The translations under genes were made by a program, and so were the position numbers. This document shows, piece after piece, positions 55,246 through 64,000 of a stretch of DNA of 64,000 bases. The stretch is from Octopus vulgaris. Its lineage: Eukaryota. The stretch lies in NCBI GenBank assembly GCA_951406725.2, contig OX597818.1, forward strand, positions 12,896,001 to 12,960,000, given 5' to 3'. The first letter of the stretch is position 1. Every line of letters begins with the position of its first letter. Under the pieces are notes generated by a model. The model made no database searches and was not told the DNA's origin. It saw nothing but the letters and a program-made list of their open reading frames with translations.

Positions 55246-56629
55246 CATTGGTGGTGGAGTCATATTTCTACAAAGTAAATATTTTTGATTTTGTTAGCAC
55301 GAGATATAGCTGTCGTGCATTTGAAATATGGTTTATTTTTCTTTAAGATTTAGCAACGACTGCCTTGCGGCTTTAAAGATGTCTCGGGGCAATTTTAGAA
55401 CGTGAAACAATTTAAAGGCAACATTAAATAATAAACTATTTAATGCATTAATTTTTGAAATGTGTTGTTTTTACTTCTAAATTTTCTATAACTAATTGGA
55501 CTGCTTTATTGGGAATAATTATAGAGAAATGAAATTAATTATTTTAGTTACTATAATTATAACCGTAGAAAATATTATATGAACAATTCAAATATATACA
55601 GAATATTTTTTCCTACTAATGAATAAAAAATTCATTTAATTAATTGTTCGTTAAATATTCTATTGATTTTCTTTCATTGTTAACTTTCCAATTAAAATCT
55701 TCAAACTCAAATGTGAAACTGAAATAAATAAATAAAAAATAACACAAATATTTGACTTGAAATGGTAACTGAGAAATCGTGACCTATTTCTCAAAATAAA
55801 TGTCTAATATTTCACCTTTTACATTACTTAAAATTAAAATAGAATCTAAAAAATGTGTTTGTAAACGAGCCGACGATGAATATCAACATTACTATAACGA
55901 ACGGTAAAAAAAAAAATTAAATAAATGTATATTTGTCTATTAGATTTTCTTGATATCGTTTCATGCATTGTTCTTTTCGAAATAATGCTTAATCATCAAT
56001 TATAGATGATAGTCATAAGGATAGTGATTAGCGCTAAAGAGGATAACGGGGATGAACGTGCTATTGTTGATATCGATGGTGGCTGCAACGCAAGTAATCG
56101 TTCTGAAGACGATGATGCTGTCAGGGGCAGATGATATTATTAATATTGTAGATCGAGATAATAAAGGTCAGAATAAAAACAAATGTTGGTGATGAAGATG
56201 ATGACCAAGTTGATGATGACAACGATAATGATGATGAATGCGATGGCGGTGGCAAGACGTTGATAATGATTATGGTGTTGATTAGAAACGTGATAATAAT
56301 CTTCATTATGCCGTTGATGATGATGATACTGAGGATGGCGAAGATGTCGACGTCACCGTCATTGATGATGATGATGATGATGCGGATGGTGAGACAACAA
56401 AGACGACAAAGACAGAGGTTTTAGGAGGGATATTATCTAGTCGTTTTCTTTGGTGTATATAATATTTGTTGATGTCGCTCTCGGATTCACGACATCTATG
56501 TCAATGTGTAAAGCATAGCGTTCTGTTGTAAAGATTTCAATGCATGGAATATGTTTTACTAGCCCATTATAAGTAAGACCTACTTACACAAATTCATCTA
56601 TCTATACTTTTATATCGTTCGTAGAGAAA

Positions 56630-56672
56630 ATCATATATTATATATATATATATAAAGATAAGTATATATATA

Positions 56673-56715
<43 letters not shown>

Positions 56716-56759
56716 ATAAGTATATATATATGAATATATATATATATATATAAAAATAA

Positions 56760-56802
<43 letters not shown>
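56630..56802. repeat. (TA)n with a repeated AAGATAAG interruption unit
   Basis: Three copies of TATAAA(G/A)ATAAGTATATA. Confidence 0.9.
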
Positions 56803-56805
<3 letters not shown>

Positions 56806-56967
56806 CGGGCTTCTTTCAGTTTCCGTCTACCGAATCCACTGGCGAACCATTGGTCGGCCCGAAGTTATATTAAAAGACACTTGCCCAAGGTGCCACACAG
56901 TGGGACTCAACCATGAAAGATGTGGCTGGGAAGCAATTTTCTTACCACACAACCACGCCTGCGCCCA

Positions 56968-56968
<1 letters not shown>
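56803..56968 (-). mobile_element. SINE 5' half (family of 24278-24700)
   Basis: Reverse complement GGCGCAGGCGTGGTTGTGTGGTAAGAAAATTGCTTCCC..GGTTGAGTCCCACTG..CCTTGGGCAAGTGTCT. Confidence 0.85.
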
Positions 56969-57066
<98 letters not shown>

Positions 57067-57701
57067 GAGCGCAGGCGCGGCTGTGTGGTATATGCATATA
57101 TGTATATTTACAAACGTGCGCGCGCACACACACGCATATACACTCACACACATGCTAAGTTCCTCCGCAGAAATCTTGTTAAGAAGCCCCTCAATCACAA
57201 CTCTCCAAAATAGAAGACATATGACCCAAATTTGCAGTTAGTTAGTGGAACGTTTACCCATATAACCATCCTCCAGGCACCAGATGTTGCACACACCTTC
57301 CTCTTTATATTTTCAAGATTGTATATTCCTTTTTCTACTTTCCTATGCACCGCACTATTTTTGCATATTGCATGAATTCAATCCATAGCTTGTATCATTA
57401 TTGATATTAACTGGCATTAACTCAAGTCCTTCATAGACAAGTAAATCCCATTTTCCCGATTATTTTCTCTTGGGGTTTAACTGAGTTGAACGATATTTTT
57501 AAAGATAATTTCTTTCATAAAACAATGACACATGAATAGAGAGAAAGGGACACATGTTACATGCGCTGAAAGGTTAACATTACAGTTATATTATGAAAAG
57601 TATGGATTCTTACGTGCGCATACGGACAAATATGCGTAGAATCAGGCATATATCATTCCATCCATATATAGACTCATGAGTATAGCTATATGTCTATACA
57701 T

Positions 57702-57770
<69 letters not shown>

Positions 57771-59177
57771 CACGCACAGAGTGAGAGAGAGATAGGTGGG
57801 AGGGAACGATACATACATACGTTGTAGCGATTGATGAAATTCAAGGATGAATTGATAAAATCTGTAGTTGCAAGACATAAACTCTTAATAAATACGAATA
57901 TCGATTCTGCTATTCAGTGTTATTGAATACTCCTTCATCGAAATAACACGAAAACGTCCACACTCTCACAGACATAGAAAGATACAGAAACACACTGAAA
58001 CATTTCTCCTTTCACAGTATCACGAGGGGGAATGCGTTTGTGTGTGCGTGTGTGTGAAAGGGAGAGAGTGAGAAAAAGAGAGAAAGAGAGAAAGAAAGAT
58101 AGGGACAGAGAGAGGGAGAGAGAGTTTGTTTAAAGAATGTAAAGCAAATTAATGAAAGGAAACACATTCATGCGTGCTGAATGGTTTGAATGTTAATTAA
58201 TATATATGAAAAAATGCAGTAAAAAATATTTCATCAGCCTTTGCGTCGTGAAAATTGTCAAGAATATATTACATTCATGTTTGGAATACTTATGCAATGA
58301 TATAATTAATTATATAATCTACATAAAACATCTCAAATGTCATAAGTTATCGACATCTCACAATCGCATGAATACAACTTCTTTAGCGTAAGTATCCACC
58401 CAAACCATATCGACCGTAACCTATGTAGAATATGTTGCATACCTTATGTAATAAATTGCCTATCTTATAAAATCACTAAAATGAAGAAAGTGCACTTTTG
58501 TAATAATAGGGCAGGAAACATCAAAAGTGGACTTTCAGTTTGTTTCACTCTAATCATAGATCTTTCAGTGTAATCGTTTCACTCGCTTAATTGGCAATTG
58601 ACCCACAAGTTAACCATAATGGCATGAAAAGCAGCTTCAAAAAATTTGACAGATATGCAACTGTTCAAAGGATAGAAATCGTTTTCCAAAGAGTAAATAA
58701 TATCAGTGATGAATATATTCCCTGGTAATATAATTCCAATTAATTCATCGCCCACAAAAGAAAAGATCAGTGCGATGGTTATAATTAATATTGCGTTCAT
58801 TAATTATAAGTTTTAAAATGCTTCTTTTTTATTATTTTATTAGAAATCTTTGAAAAATTTTGAAAATCTATTCTATAATTATAGAAATTTTGGAAAATAG
58901 CATCCTTAAATATGAAAAAAAATCACATAGGTAGAACACGTGTGTGATATCAAATTACCTTTATAACAGAAAAATATCCTCGTTTATATCCATTAAAAAC
59001 AATGTCTTACAATTATTTTCTTTAATTATTTTCTAGTGCATGTTCAAGACACTGGAGCAAGTAGCATAGATACTGAATTTCCTCGTATTTTAATTAATAG
59101 ACAACCGTATATTTCTCACTAAAAACCGTGTCACACATAAACTACATGGTAGCGGGAGAAATACTTAGCTCATATAA

Positions 59178-59388
59178 GGCGGCGAGCTGGCAGAAACGTT
59201 GGCACGCCGGGCGAAATGCTTTGCGCTATTTCGTCTGTCTTTACGTTCTGAGTTCAAATTCCCCGAGTCGACTTTGCGTTTCATCTTATCTGAGCAGATA
59301 AATTAAATACCAGTTGCGTACTGGGTAGGTCTAATCGTCTGATCCCCTCCCACAGAATTTCCTGGCCTTGTGCCTAGAGTAGAAAAGA
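59178..59388 (+). mobile_element. tRNA-derived SINE with Nin/Deu-like central domain
   Basis: GGCGGCGAGCTGGCAGAAACGTTGGCACGCC, B box GAGTTCAAATTCC, and GTCGACTTTGCGTTTCATC..GATAAATTAAATACCAG. Confidence 0.85.
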
Positions 59389-59623
59389 CTACATAGCTCA
59401 TACTGATAGACAAAATTTGGACATTGTGTAAAAGGATTTTAAAATATCAATACAGAAAATGCTAACAAATTGAACACTTTAAGTTTTTAAAGTAATTTAC
59501 TTTGGAATTTTTCTTTTCCTTTTGGAATATTTATAAATGGATATTAACCAAAGTTTATATTAGTTAAATTTAAATTACATAAATGAAAACTTAAAGATAT
59601 TCTATTTTACTTTATACAGAATA

Positions 59624-59639
59624 TATCTATCTATCTACA

Positions 59640-59730
<91 letters not shown>

Positions 59731-59799
59731 ATGTCTGTCTGTCTCTATGTCTGTCTCTCTGTCGGTCTGTCTGTCTATCTATCTATATATCTATCTATC
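59624..59799. repeat. (TATC)n/(TGTC)n microsatellite
   Basis: Direct reading. Confidence 0.95.
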
Positions 59800-62691
<2,892 letters not shown>

Positions 62692-63422
62692 GTGTAAACG
62701 TAAATATACATTTGCATGTATATAATAAATATATATAGGCACTTATATTAGTGTACGTATGTGTGTATGTGTATTTCAATGAATTGTACTTAGTATACTT
62801 TGGTAGCAAAAAGTCATGTGTGCCCTTATCTTTCGACATAGAATACGACTGTAGTCTCAGAATCTATAAGGAATTTATATTCTAAATATTAATATCACGA
62901 AATTATAATGTGTTCTTATATTTTTCAAAATATTATTGCGAATCAATTAAGTTTCCTTTTATGAGTGACAGTTTATTCGCATAAGTGACTGTTGATATGA
63001 GAGAATTACTATACAGCGATTCAAATATATCTGAATAGTGTAGGCTATGCAGATCCCTGAACAATTTATCACGGCACTGACTCGCCTATTTTCATTTCAT
63101 CAAATATGACTAAGACCAGGATATTGTGAGATTAAGCACGGATGATAGCAAAGCATAAAACGGAGACAGAATGAGGGCTTTTGAGTTTCGTATTACAGGA
63201 ACATTATTATATAAGGTGAGTATGTTTTAGTAATGATGTTATGTTTATAATTTATCGCGTATCCATAAACAACGATCGTGCAAATACATACATGCATACT
63301 TACCTACAACCCCAAACACTTTTCATGTATAAATATGTGTGCACGCGCATTTGTGTTATGTATATGTGTGTACAAACATGTGTCCATACATTTTACTATC
63401 TCCCGTATTCTCTCTCCCACTT

Positions 63423-63495
<73 letters not shown>

Positions 63496-63613
63496 GTATC
63501 TATATATCTATCTATCTACCTGTCTATCTACCTGTCTATCTATCTGTCTGTCTGTCTATCTGACTATCTACTTATCTATCTATCTATATATATATATTTA
63601 CATATAGCTGTTT

Positions 63614-63662
<49 letters not shown>
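63423..63662. repeat. (TATC)n/(TA)n microsatellites
   Basis: Direct reading. Confidence 0.95.
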
Positions 63663-63663
<1 letters not shown>

Positions 63664-64000
63664 TTACACATACATGTATAAATATATACATGTAGACATA
63701 ATATGCATGTATATGCATTAAGACAGAACTACATACATACGTGTGTTTACGTTTAAACATTTCTAAATAGCATATCAATCCCATTTATAGAAATAAATCC
63801 CAACCTTACTCAATTTGTATATTTTTCACTGTAAATATTTCCATAATCTATATTCTAATTACATTTTCATGAATCACTTCAGGCAATATCTCAAGTCAAT
63901 TTAAAATTATTACGAAGGCACTTACAGATACACTCCCCACTCTATGATACAGATATTATTTTTACATTTTGTTTAATATATTAAAAATAGTTTTGAAAAT

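Larger units (their letters stand above)
55270..58800 (-). pseudogene. Putative protocadherin relic G (signal peptide to EC4), opposite orientation
   Basis: ORF 58579-58800 MNAILIITIALIFSFVG..LPGNIFITDII (signal peptide; cf. SPGTYIGDIA), YTERSM, CISIPNM (58296-58276; cf. KISIPNA), LLVYEGLE..IMIQAMD, KGIYNL, LEDGYMGK (cf. LDAGKNGK), QQNA..IDIDVV (~56530-56490; cf. QQNNAPxIDINFV), HDSYISC (~55320-55295; cf. HDITISC). Confidence 0.5.

Noticed and set aside
55995-56420. Asp-rich stretch resembling an acidic protein exon
   Set aside because: Decayed (GAT)n repeat with frame breaks and stops; no splice or ORF support.

Overview
AT-rich, microsatellite-dense eukaryotic non-genic DNA. The tRNA-derived SINE families, (TA)n/(TATC)n/(AAT)n load and TE content are typical of a cephalopod (Octopus-like) genome; the taxon is inferred. 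I found no intact protein-coding gene. About half the window is decayed transposable elements: mariner/Tc1-maT, Helitron/Helentron-type, RTE, CR1/L2, R4/Dong-type, HERO-like, L1/Tx1 and Penelope-like elements, plus several SINEs. Two less obvious layers stand out. (1) The apparently unique DNA between the TEs, read across stops and frameshifts, gives colinear fragments resembling octopus-type protocadherin ectodomains (EC1-EC6 plus TM). This suggests a fossil tandem array of up to seven protocadherin pseudogenes, six on + and one on -. The call rests on by-eye comparison with a remembered consensus and needs a frameshift-aware alignment. (2) Five type-I hammerhead ribozyme motifs lie in or beside Penelope-like remnants; the one at 7505-7568 (-) has a fully intact core and stems. 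Boundaries of decayed elements are approximate.
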